DNA of 22,410 nucleotides from Hormoscilla sp. GTDB taxonomy: Bacteria > Cyanobacteriota > Cyanobacteriia > Cyanobacteriales > Desertifilaceae. The stretch lies in assembly GCA_051439505.1 (NCBI GenBank), contig JBFRWI010000185.1, positions 1 to 22,410 on the forward strand, in the 5' to 3' direction. Both the position numbers and the translations under genes were made by a program. Shown here piece by piece: positions 9,455 through 18,187 of this stretch (position 1 is its first letter; every line of letters begins with the position of its first letter). The notes under the pieces were generated by a model. It was not told where the DNA came from and did not search any database. It was given only the letters and a program-made list of their open reading frames with translations.

Positions 9455-9640
9455 TTGTCATTGCGAGGGGGGCTCGATCGCGATCATGCTTGTGCTCCCC
9501 ACCTATTATCCCCCCCGAAGCAATCTCACAGACGACGCAATTCGTGCTATTCATATTATACGGGGCAGGGGGATTGCTTCGGGGGGTTAATTCAATTGAG
9601 CAGGCCGTTATCGCTACGTACCCCCCCCTCGCAATGACAA
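9455..9640. mobile_element. 186-bp nested inverted-repeat (MITE/REP-like) element of the GTCATTGCGAG...CTCGCAATGAC type
   Basis: Perfect 18-bp outer IR TTGTCATTGCGAGGGGGG (9455-9472 / 9623-9640) and perfect 15-bp inner IR CCCCCCGAAGCAATC (9511-9525 / 9572-9586). Mobility is inferred, not shown. Confidence 0.7.
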
Positions 9641-9799
9641 ATGTACCTGCAGTTGTGCAAAACCTACGAAGTATTGTGTCAGCTTCCTCTGATAGAGAAA
9701 GAATCAGGAGTTTGAGAGCGCAATTGTAAATTCGTCATTTTCCAGGTAAGATAGGTGGTTAACCAAAATGATGAATTGCAAGCAAGGACATCAGAGTAA

Positions 9800-11269
9800 A
9801 TGCTCAGTAGTGGTTTGATATGGGTGCCAGTATTAGGTGCCGTCGTGCTCGGTTTCTGGCCCGGTTCCCTCAGTCCCGGGAGATCGCGTGCCATCGCCCT
9901 GTTCGTTGCCATCAGCGCTATGGGATGGACGCTGGTGCTGTTAAGTCAATTTGACCCGACGATCCCGGAGTTACAATTTGCAGAGTCCATACCCTGGATA
10001 GAGGCCCTGGGACTGAGCTACAGTCTGGGAATAGATGGTCTGTCACTGCCATTATTGGTGCTCAACGGTCTGCTGACGACGATCGCCCTATTCTGTACGG
10101 ACTCCGACATTCACCGTCCCCGTTTCTATTACGTTCTCGTGCTGTTGTTAAACGCTAGCGTAGCCGGTGCATTCCTGGCCCAGGATTACCTGCTGTTTTT
10201 CCTGTTTTACGAGATAGAACTCATCCCCCTATATTTCTTGATCGCCATCTGGGGGGGCAAGCGCCGAGGCTATGCCGCAACCAAGTTTCTCATCTATACC
10301 GCAGTATCGGGAATTGCGTTGCTAGCGTCATTTTTGGGCGTAGTCTGGTTTTCTGGAGGCAACAGCTTTGCCTACAACCCGCAGATGGCGGCAGCTTTAC
10401 CCCTGGGAACCCAACTGCTGCTGCTAGGGGGCATACTGGTGGCCTTTGGGATTAAAATTCCCCTGGTGCCCTTCCATACCTGGTTGCCCGATGCCCATGT
10501 AGAAGCCAGCACGCCAATTTCGGTACTGCTAGCTGGGGTATTGTTGAAGCTGGGAACTTACGGTCTGCTCAGGTTTGGATTGGCACTATTTCCCGATGCC
10601 TGGGCTAATTTGGCTCCCTGGTTGGCAACTTGGGCCGTGGTCAGCGTGCTGTACGGGGCCTTGAGCGCGATCGCCCAAACAGACATGAAAAAAATGGTCG
10701 CCTTTAGCTCCATTGCCCACATGGGTTATATACTGTTAGCCGGTGCCGCCGCTACTCCCCTCAGCTTGTTGTCAACAGTCCTGCAAATGATCGCCCACGG
10801 ATTAATATCAGCGCTACTCTTTATCTTGGTGGGCGTAGTCTATAAGAAAACTGGTAGCCGGGATATCACAGCCCTCAAAGGACTCCTCAACCCAGAACGA
10901 GGTTTACCGATGATTGGCAGTTTAATGATTTTGGGCGTCATGGCCAGCTCGGGCATCCCCGGTATGGTAGGCTTTATTTCAGAATTTTTAGTGTTTCGGG
11001 GCAGTTTTCCCATATTCCCCACTCAAACCTTGCTGTGCATCGTGGGTACGGGGTTAACCGCTGTCTACTTTTTGCTGTTGGTAAACCGGGCCTTCTTCGG
11101 ACGCTTGTCCCAGATGGTAGAAAACTTGCCCCCAGTGCAGTGGTCCGACCGGATCCCGGCGATCGCCCTAGCAGTAGCGATCGTGATATTAGGAATTCAG
11201 CCAAGCTGGGTAGTACGTTTGAGTGAAGTGACAAGCAATTCTCTAGTGACATCATTTGCCAATCTCTAA
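9800..11269 (+). CDS. ndhD4: NAD(P)H dehydrogenase-like complex subunit NdhD4 (NuoM family, CO2-uptake type)
   Basis: Polytopic membrane protein with FFLFYEIELIP, KIPLVPFHTWLPDAHVEA, LLKLGTYG, LLNPERGLP, PGMVGFISEF; directly upstream of cupB, which indicates D4 rather than D3. Confidence 0.88.
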   Translation: MLSSGLIWVPVLGAVVLGFWPGSLSPGRSRAIALFVAISAMGWTLVLLSQFDPTIPELQFAESIPWIEALGLSYSLGIDGLSLPLLVLNGLLTTIALFCTDSDIHRPRFYYVLVLLLNASVAGAFLAQDYLLFFLFYEIELIPLYFLIAIWGGKRRGYAATKFLIYTAVSGIALLASFLGVVWFSGGNSFAYNPQMAAALPLGTQLLLLGGILVAFGIKIPLVPFHTWLPDAHVEASTPISVLLAGVLLKLGTYGLLRFGLALFPDAWANLAPWLATWAVVSVLYGALSAIAQTDMKKMVAFSSIAHMGYILLAGAAATPLSLLSTVLQMIAHGLISALLFILVGVVYKKTGSRDITALKGLLNPERGLPMIGSLMILGVMASSGIPGMVGFISEFLVFRGSFPIFPTQTLLCIVGTGLTAVYFLLLVNRAFFGRLSQMVENLPPVQWSDRIPAIALAVAIVILGIQPSWVVRLSEVTSNSLVTSFANL

Positions 11270-11294
11270 CCCCGTCGAGCGTAAAATCAGGGAA

Positions 11295-12422
11295 ATGACA
11301 ACAACCATTCAACCATCAAAACATCCCCTGGCAGCCTATATTAACATTCTGGAATCCGGTGGCAACTTACTGGAAGATTCGCCAGATAATGTATTGGAAG
11401 TAGTGGGAATTCTGTATAGCTACGGCGTCGTGCTGGACGCCTACTCCAAGAACCTGATCTACATTGCCCAAAATCAATTTTTACGACCGTTTGCCTTCTT
11501 CAAATACTTCGACGGAGACATATCTTTCCAGAAGTTACTGCGCCATTGGTGGCACGATCGGATCAACTACGAGTACGCCGAGTACGTGATGCGGGTAATG
11601 CTATGGCACGGCGGTGGGGCCCTGGATGAGTACCTGGATAGCCCGGAATTTACACGGGCAGCAGAAAAGGCGATCGCTGCTAAATTCAAGGGAAATTGGT
11701 TCATGCTAGCACTGCACAAGCTATTTCGGGAATTTCTGCCAGAACAGGTGCGGCAGATGGTATATTATAGTGCTCTAGGTCAGTTCTGGCGGGTGATGAG
11801 CGATATATTTATATCACTGTCCGATCGCTATAACCGAGGAGAAATAAAATCTATCCCGGAAGTAGTAGAGCATATCCTAGCAGGTTTAGTAGCAGATGCG
11901 GCCAGACCAATTACCTACAGAGTGACGATCGAAGGTAAAGACTATGATATCATTCCCCCAGCCGCAGGGATGACATTCCTGCCAGATGTAGCAGTCCCCT
12001 ATGTGGATACGATCTTCTTCCGGGGAACGCCGTTTCTGGGTACAGTTTCTTACAACGCTCAAGCTCAACAAATTTCCCGAAATCAAGCAGAATTTGGCTA
12101 TGGTGCTTTGTATGCTGACCCCCTGCCGGTCGGAGGTTCTGGCATTCCCCCGACATTGCTGATGCAGGATATGCGCCATTATCTGCCCGCATATCTACAA
12201 GAGTTTTATCAGCGTAAGGGTCGGGGAGAAGATGACTTACGAGTGAAGATTTGCGAGACTTTCCAGAAATCAATGTTTTGCGTAACCACAGCGGCGATCA
12301 AAGGACTGGCACCTTATCCTCTAGATACAGAAGAACCCCAACAGCAGCAAGCAAACCGCGTTTACCTGGAACAATGGATGGATCGCTTTATCACCTCTCG
12401 TTTGCAAACAGTCAACAGTTAG
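11295..12422 (+). CDS. cupB: CO2 hydration protein CupB (ChpX)
   Basis: EVVGILYSYG, RHWWHDRINYEYAEY, FFRGTPFLGTVSYNAQA, YGALYADPLPVGGSGIPPTLLMQDMRHYLP. 375 aa from the ATG at 11295 fits CupB rather than the longer CupA. Confidence 0.92.
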   Translation: MTTTIQPSKHPLAAYINILESGGNLLEDSPDNVLEVVGILYSYGVVLDAYSKNLIYIAQNQFLRPFAFFKYFDGDISFQKLLRHWWHDRINYEYAEYVMRVMLWHGGGALDEYLDSPEFTRAAEKAIAAKFKGNWFMLALHKLFREFLPEQVRQMVYYSALGQFWRVMSDIFISLSDRYNRGEIKSIPEVVEHILAGLVADAARPITYRVTIEGKDYDIIPPAAGMTFLPDVAVPYVDTIFFRGTPFLGTVSYNAQAQQISRNQAEFGYGALYADPLPVGGSGIPPTLLMQDMRHYLPAYLQEFYQRKGRGEDDLRVKICETFQKSMFCVTTAAIKGLAPYPLDTEEPQQQQANRVYLEQWMDRFITSRLQTVNS

Positions 12423-12423
12423 C

Positions 12424-12522
12424 TACCCCGAACCCTCTACTACATTGAATGTGCTAGTCTTTGGTGTTGGTGCTGCGTTAATACTAAAACGCAAGCGCCA
12501 AAACACCCTTCCCTCACGCTAA
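12424..12522 (+). pseudogene. Orphan PEP-CTERM sorting-signal coding remnant
   Basis: Reads YPEPSTTLNVLVFGVGAALILKRKRQNTLPSR* (CCC GAA CCC at 12427-12435, TAA 12520-12522): PEP motif, hydrophobic helix, basic cluster. Frame is open only from 12325, with no ATG. Confidence 0.72.
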
Positions 12523-12900
12523 AGGGGCGATCGCCCGCTCTCAATTGGTACGATCTCAAGTCAGGCAGAACGAACGCACCCTACCTAGCAGATATCCAGC
12601 ACCGCAGCTGAGTTGGGACACCGGCTTCCGGAGGGCGATCGCGCCCTTCCCAGAGTAGGAGAGAGCCAGGAAAATGTTAAGAAAAGTAAAAAAAAGAAAT
12701 ACCCGATTGACGCTCAGGCAGTTTGGGTATAACGTGGAATGTAGGCTGAATAGAAAAATGTCGGAAGAGTTACTCTCTCCAAAAAAGGGGTGCGATCGGG
12801 TCAAAACCAATTAAGATCGCCGCTTCATACGGGCAATCATTGGAGATTGACTCCAGATAGCCAAATCACCAGATATTAGATAATTGGTAAATGTAACCAG

Positions 12901-14583
12901 ATGCGAGATATTCCAATTGTAACAATGATTGCCTGGAGTCTGATAGGGACACCGGCGATCGCCCAATTACGGGAGCCAGTAGAACCGAGACCTCCAAGGT
13001 TACCACAACCAGAACTGCTGCCACCACCAGAGGAGTTGCTACAACCGCCAACAGCACCGCCAATAAATAGGCCGACAGCACCTCTGACAGGCACAATAAC
13101 AGTCGAACGCTTTGAAGTGACTGGTAGTACGGTATTCAAGGCGGAAGAATTAGCAGAGGTAACGGCACCATTCACGAACCGACCCCTATCCTTTGCGGAA
13201 CTGCTGCAAGTAAGGGATGAAATTACTAAATACTACGTCGATCGGGGATACATCACCTCAGGGGCATTGCTACCGCCCCAAACTATGGATTCCCGAGTAA
13301 TAGAAATAGCAGTAATAGAAGGAGAAGTACAAGAAATAGATATAAAGGTAAAAGGGCGACTGAACCCCGGTTACGTCCGCAGTCGGGTAGAATTGGGAGC
13401 GAAAACCCCTCTCCAGGTAGATAGATTAGTACAAGCGCTGCAATTGCTGCAACTAAACCCGCTGATCGAAAATATATCGGCAGAATTGGCAGCAGGAACC
13501 CGTAGCGGCACGAGCTTGTTGGAAATAGAGGTAACGTCAGCGCCAACATTTCGGACAGTCCTCAAATATGATAACGGGCGGGTGCCGAGTGTAGGAACAG
13601 ATCGACTGACTTTGACATTCCAAGAAACTTCTTTGTTAGGACTGGGAGATGCCCTGACCCTCAGCTATACGAACACAGATGGTAGTAACGCCCTGGATGA
13701 AGCTAGCTACAGGATCCCGATAAATGCAAGAAATGGAACTTTGGGATTATTCTTCAAGATCTCGGAGAACGAAGTGATCGAGGAACCATTTGACCAGTTG
13801 GATATCGAGTCAGACTCCCGGGAGTATGAAATCAGTTACCGCCAACCGCTGATTGAAACTCCGACCAGAGAATTGGCCCTGGGGTTAATAGCTGCGAGAA
13901 GGGAGAGTAACACGCAACTGCTAGGGGAACCGTTCCCTCTATCTCCAGGATCGAATGAAGATGGGGAAACCAGAGTTTCGGCGCTTCGCTTCTTTCAGGA
14001 ATGGACCAACCGGGGACGAGAAGAAGTGTTTGCCGCCCGCTCGCAATTTTCGGTAGGAATAGGTGCCTTTGAAGCTACAGTTAACGACGAACCTCCCGAT
14101 AGTAGGTTCTTTTCTTGGCGGGGTCAGCTACAATATTTGCGCGTGTTGGGACCAGATGCAGCCCTATTATTAAGATCGGACCTGCAATTGTCACCGGAAC
14201 CATTAGTACCGATCGAACAGTTTGGGTTAGGGGGCTTAAACAGCGTTCGCGGCTATCGTCAGGATGCCATCCTGGCAGATAATGGTATTTTTGCCTCCGC
14301 AGAAGTGCGCCTCCCGATCGCCCGAATTTCTGATTGGAATACAGTTTTGCAGTTTACACCATTCTTGGAAATAGGTACGGGCTGGAATACCGATCGGGCG
14401 AACCCGCAACCAAACAATCTCTATTCGGTGGGGATGGGTTTGCGCTTGGAAGTAGCAAATAAATTGACCGCCCGTTTTGACTGGGGAATACCCTTGGGGA
14501 ATCTCCTGCCAAACCGGAGGACGTTACAAGAAAATGGCTTATACTTTACCATAGAATACAGACCTTTTGATAGACAAAGATGA
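12901..14583 (+). CDS. ShlB/FhaC/HecB family (TpsB, Omp85 superfamily) outer-membrane secretion/activation protein
   Basis: Signal peptide (..PAIA/Q), Pro-rich linker, POTRA (ITKYYVDRGYITSGALLPPQ), EQFGLGGLNSVRGY loop-6 motif, C-terminal beta-strands (ARFDWGIP, GLYFTIEY). Confidence 0.92.
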   Translation: MRDIPIVTMIAWSLIGTPAIAQLREPVEPRPPRLPQPELLPPPEELLQPPTAPPINRPTAPLTGTITVERFEVTGSTVFKAEELAEVTAPFTNRPLSFAELLQVRDEITKYYVDRGYITSGALLPPQTMDSRVIEIAVIEGEVQEIDIKVKGRLNPGYVRSRVELGAKTPLQVDRLVQALQLLQLNPLIENISAELAAGTRSGTSLLEIEVTSAPTFRTVLKYDNGRVPSVGTDRLTLTFQETSLLGLGDALTLSYTNTDGSNALDEASYRIPINARNGTLGLFFKISENEVIEEPFDQLDIESDSREYEISYRQPLIETPTRELALGLIAARRESNTQLLGEPFPLSPGSNEDGETRVSALRFFQEWTNRGREEVFAARSQFSVGIGAFEATVNDEPPDSRFFSWRGQLQYLRVLGPDAALLLRSDLQLSPEPLVPIEQFGLGGLNSVRGYRQDAILADNGIFASAEVRLPIARISDWNTVLQFTPFLEIGTGWNTDRANPQPNNLYSVGMGLRLEVANKLTARFDWGIPLGNLLPNRRTLQENGLYFTIEYRPFDRQR

Positions 14584-14862
14584 AGCGCTCTCTCGATCGA
14601 TAGAAACAGTTCTTTGGACGATCGCCTCTAGTGCCATGGTGCTATTTGCAGTGAAGAGGGACGATCGCCTCTGGGAGGGGGGCGTCGTTATTTGTGCAGA
14701 CTGGAAGTAGGAGAAATGCTTGGCGGCAGGGGTTGGCAAATATGATTCGATAATGGCACAGTCAAGGGAAGAAACCACCCTCGTCAAAGCGATCGCACTT
14801 CAAAAACGCTCGCTTCTAACCATTCGCCGCCAAGTAATCCCGTGCCCAGCCCCAAATTTTCA

Positions 14863-15498
14863 TTAATCATCATCTAGGTTCGAGGTGCCTCTAACTTTAG
14901 TATAGGGGGATAGGTACCTCGGCTGGCGTTCGTAGACGCGGCGGGGCGCAGAACTGACATTAAAGGGATGAACCACATGAGTTGTGGGGTAATAACGCTG
15001 CTGCGATTGCGTAAACATCGCGATCAGCACAACTATAATAATTATGCTACCACCAATGCCCAGGACAAGCACAGAGCCTCCGATCGCCCAGAGGATGATG
15101 GTGCGGGAATCAGGCAACTCAGAATCTGCTGTTGTCGGCCTAGCCTGCTGGGCTTGCATTTGCAGCATCAACTGTTGAGTTTCCATCCATTGCTTATCCA
15201 ACTGAGATTTTAGCTGTTCCACCTGAGTACTTTGCTGCTGTAGCCTCGATTTTAGCTGTTGATTTTCCGTCAGTTGCTGTTGGAATTGGCTATCGGCCTG
15301 GGGCTGTTGTGGATTAACCGATGGTGGTAGTGGCAGAGGAGTGGGGGGCGGGGTTTGATTCATAGAAGGCACATTGTTGCCAGTCAGGTTGGAACAGGTG
15401 TTTTGCAGGCGATCGAGATTATTCCCTTTATCCATGATGACAAAGGTTGCCACTGCTGCGATCGCACATCCCGACAAGAATGCCGTAGTATCGTTCAT
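14863..15498 (-). CDS. Membrane protein with Gln-rich coiled coil, architecture resembling PatN ('heterocyst differentiation related protein')
   Basis: N-terminal hydrophobic segment (AFLSGCAIAAVATFVIM), Pro-rich then Gln-rich coiled coil, second TM (IILWAIGGSVLVLGIGGSIIIIVVLIAMF), basic tail; AGGA upstream of the ATG. The ORF is well supported; the PatN similarity is from memory only. Confidence 0.6.
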   Translation of the reverse strand: MNDTTAFLSGCAIAAVATFVIMDKGNNLDRLQNTCSNLTGNNVPSMNQTPPPTPLPLPPSVNPQQPQADSQFQQQLTENQQLKSRLQQQSTQVEQLKSQLDKQWMETQQLMLQMQAQQARPTTADSELPDSRTIILWAIGGSVLVLGIGGSIIIIVVLIAMFTQSQQRYYPTTHVVHPFNVSSAPRRVYERQPRYLSPYTKVRGTSNLDDD

Positions 15499-15664
15499 TG
15501 CTTTTTTCCTTTTTGGCTACGACCCAATCACGTACATTTGATATTACACCAAACTCAGTTTACCTTCTGAGTTCCCGAGAGTATTGCCAGTAGCGATCTC
15601 GCGGAACTCAGTAGGTCGGCTTCCTGCGCGTTGCATAAGGGAAGATTCTTACGTTCGCTCTCAC

Positions 15665-16705
15665 TCATCGGTACAGGTCCATGACGGTACCGATCGCCAT
15701 CCGGGACTTTGCTGACAGAGTCAAGGGAGACTGATGTCCGCGCCGGAAATGATCTGCTGCCGCACAGGCAATCATTGCTGCATTATCAGTACATAATGAA
15801 AGGGGTGGAAACAAGACCTGCAAATTATGACTTGCCCCAGCAGCTGATAGATGATAGCGCAAACCACTATTAGCTGCTACTCCCCCACCCACGGCAATAG
15901 TCTTCAGTCCGCAGTCTAGCGCAGCGGCGATCGCCCTTTTGGTTAGTGCCATGGCCACAGTTTCCTGAAAGCTAGCCGCTATGTCAGCAACCGGCAACTC
16001 ATCCGACTCCTGTTTCAACTGTCTCACCAACCGCAAAACGGCTGTTTTTAAGCCACTAAAGCTGGAATCATAGGGATGATAGCCGCCGGTTGCCACAGAT
16101 ACTTTTCCTTCAGGTAGTCGAAAAGCTTGGGCATTACCCTGGCGGGCCAGAGAGTCGATCGCCGGACCGCCGGGATATCCCAAATCCAATAACCGCGCTA
16201 CCTTATCAAAAGCTTCCCCTGCCGCATCATCCCGAGTTTGGCCAATGGTTTCATACATACCACAATCGAGCACGTGAATCAAGCTGGTGTGACCGCCAGA
16301 AACCAGCAGACACAAGAACGGTGGTTCTAACTCTGGGGTACTCAGATAGTTGCCATAGATATGTCCTTCCAGATGGTGGACCCCCAGAAACGGCTTTTGA
16401 TGGACCATCGCCAGAGTTTTCGCTGCCGTTAACCCCACCAACAGGGCCCCCACCAACCCCGGCGCACAGGTTGCTGCTACCCCATCAATACCAGACCAGT
16501 CTATAGAAGCTGCTTGCAATGCTTGGGCGATCGCCCCATTGATCGTTTCGGTGTGACGGCGCGACGCTACCTCCGGCACCACACCTCCATACTGCCGGTG
16601 GACATCTATTTGGGAAGCCACGACGCTGGTGAAAATGTTACGATTGTTTACGATAGCAACCGCTGTTTCGTCACAACTGGTTTCAATTGCTAAGATGGTA
16701 GCCAT
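15665..16705 (-). CDS. tsaD: tRNA N6-adenosine threonylcarbamoyltransferase TsaD
   Basis: [70 protein letters not shown]. Confidence 0.97.
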   Translation of the reverse strand: MATILAIETSCDETAVAIVNNRNIFTSVVASQIDVHRQYGGVVPEVASRRHTETINGAIAQALQAASIDWSGIDGVAATCAPGLVGALLVGLTAAKTLAMVHQKPFLGVHHLEGHIYGNYLSTPELEPPFLCLLVSGGHTSLIHVLDCGMYETIGQTRDDAAGEAFDKVARLLDLGYPGGPAIDSLARQGNAQAFRLPEGKVSVATGGYHPYDSSFSGLKTAVLRLVRQLKQESDELPVADIAASFQETVAMALTKRAIAAALDCGLKTIAVGGGVAANSGLRYHLSAAGASHNLQVLFPPLSLCTDNAAMIACAAADHFRRGHQSPLTLSAKSRMAIGTVMDLYR

Positions 16706-16752
16706 TATCTGGTACGTTTAGGGAATGGATTGGCTGTTGTACAACTATTAAC

Positions 16753-16781
16753 TTTACTTCGATCCCGCGATCGGGTATGAT
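16753..16781 (+). promoter_or_regulatory. Candidate sigma70-type promoter of psaF-psaJ
   Basis: TTTACT (16753-16758), 17-bp spacer, TATGAT (16776-16781), about 50 bp upstream of the psaF ATG in the divergent tsaD/psaF spacer. Confidence 0.55.
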
Positions 16782-16833
16782 TCCTTTCCATAAACACCCT
16801 GTTGGTATTTCACAAACATTAGGAAACAATTCC

Positions 16834-17331
16834 ATGCGACGATTGTTTGCTCTACTATTGATCCTCAGTCTCTGGGTTGGTTCCGTACCAGCTGCTACTG
16901 CCGATATTGCCGGTTTGGTACCGTGCAGTGAATCAGAGGTATTCCTGGAGCGGGCCGACGAGGCCATGAATACTACTGCTGACCCGAATTCCGGGGCGAA
17001 GCGGTTCGAGCGTTATGCTGAAGCTCTCTGCGGTGAAGAAGATGGACTCCCCCGTCTGATTGTAGATGGGCGCTGGTCTCATGCTGGCGATTTCCTGATT
17101 CCCAGCATTCTCTTCCTGTACATCACCGGTTGGATTGGTTGGGTCGGTCGGGCCTATCTGATTGCCATTCGCGACGACAAGAAGGCCGAAGAAAAAGAAA
17201 TCATCATTGATGTACCTTTGGCACTCAAGTGCGTGGCAACCGGTCCTTTATGGCCTCTGGCAGCTTTCAAAGAAATAACCACTGGTGAAATGTTTGCGCC
17301 AGACAACGAAATCCCCATTTCCCCCCGCTAG
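16834..17331 (+). CDS. psaF: Photosystem I reaction centre subunit III PsaF
   Basis: MRRLFALLL signal peptide, [60 protein letters not shown] end; ATG 16834 preceded by AGGA. Confidence 0.97.
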   Translation: MRRLFALLLILSLWVGSVPAATADIAGLVPCSESEVFLERADEAMNTTADPNSGAKRFERYAEALCGEEDGLPRLIVDGRWSHAGDFLIPSILFLYITGWIGWVGRAYLIAIRDDKKAEEKEIIIDVPLALKCVATGPLWPLAAFKEITTGEMFAPDNEIPISPR

Positions 17332-17364
17332 TCTCTATTTGAGGTATTTTTTGGAGAAGAAATC

Positions 17365-17490
17365 ATGCAAGATCTGCTCAAGTATCTTTCCCTCGCGCCA
17401 GTGATTCTGACGGTGTGGATGGTGATTACAGCTGGTATTCTGATTGAGTTTAACCGCTTTTTCCCCGACCTGCTGTTCCATCCTCTATAG
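17365..17490 (+). CDS. psaJ: Photosystem I subunit IX PsaJ (41 aa, not in ORF track)
   Basis: Manual translation [45 protein letters not shown] Shine-Dalgarno; directly after psaF. Confidence 0.97.
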   Translation: MQDLLKYLSLAPVILTVWMVITAGILIEFNRFFPDLLFHPL

Positions 17491-17562
17491 GAATAGCCAT
17501 CAGCTTGGCGAGTGCCGATCCTCTCTTGGTTTGGTGAAATTGAAAGTTGATTAGACCTCTTC

Positions 17563-17598
17563 CGCCTTTGGGTCAGCTGGCCCAAAGGCGTTTGTTGT
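17563..17598. terminator. Hairpin between convergent psaJ and gmk, likely terminator
   Basis: CGCCTTTGGG-tcagctgg-CCCAAAGGCG (17563-17590) followed by TTTGTTGT. Confidence 0.65.
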
Positions 17599-17611
17599 CA
17601 GCAAGTGACCG

Positions 17612-18187
17612 CTAACAACTGACGGCTGATTGCTGGTGAAGAATGGCTTCGATCTCGGCTAGGGTAGTTTCTAGATCGTCGTTGATAATCTGCAAGTCGA
17701 ACTCATCGGCGGCAGCAATTTCCACGATCGCCCGTTCCAGGCGTCGGGCGATCGCCTCATCGTCTTCGCTAGATCTACGGCGCAGGCGTCTTTCTAACTC
17801 GGACATCGATGGCGGTAAAATAAAGATTCTCAGGGATTCTGGAAAGTTAGCGGCGATCTGTCTGGCCCCTTCTAGCTCTATTTCTAGCAGGACGGAGTTG
17901 CCTTGTCGGAGCAACTCCTCTACCACTCGCCGGGGAGTTCCGTAGTAGTTACCGGCATATTCAGCCCATTCCAGCAGTTCGCCCGCCTCCACCTTTTGCT
18001 CGAACTCTTTGGGACTGACAAAGTAATAATGTTTTCCCTCAATTTCGCGAGGACGCGGGGAACGAGTAGTCGCCGACACTGACAGAAACAGTTGTGGATG
18101 ACGTTCCAGCAGCCGATACACCAATGTTCCTTTGCCCACGCCACTCGGTCCAGTCAACACGATCAGTAACCCTTGTTGATTGTTCAT
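17612..18187 (-). CDS. gmk: Guanylate kinase
   Basis: P-loop [43 protein letters not shown]. Confidence 0.97.
   Translation of the reverse strand: MNNQQGLLIVLTGPSGVGKGTLVYRLLERHPQLFLSVSATTRSPRPREIEGKHYYFVSPKEFEQKVEAGELLEWAEYAGNYYGTPRRVVEELLRQGNSVLLEIELEGARQIAANFPESLRIFILPPSMSELERRLRRRSSEDDEAIARRLERAIVEIAAADEFDLQIINDDLETTLAEIEAILHQQSAVSC

Noticed and set aside
9332..9912. Short ORFs 9332-9637, 9490-9729 and 9679-9912
   Set aside because: They run through the palindromic element or are antisense to ndhD4, and have no recognisable motifs.
12556..12810. 84-aa minus-strand ORF between cupB and tpsB
   Set aside because: No ATG start or motif; its hydrophobic stretch derives from an A-rich intergenic tract.
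16734..16758. RpaB HLR1 site upstream of psaF
   Set aside because: TGTACAAC-TA-TTAACTTT matches the (G/T)TTACA(T/A)(T/A) repeat too weakly to call.
17328..17585. 85-aa minus-strand ORF
   Set aside because: Antisense to psaJ, which is clearly the real gene.
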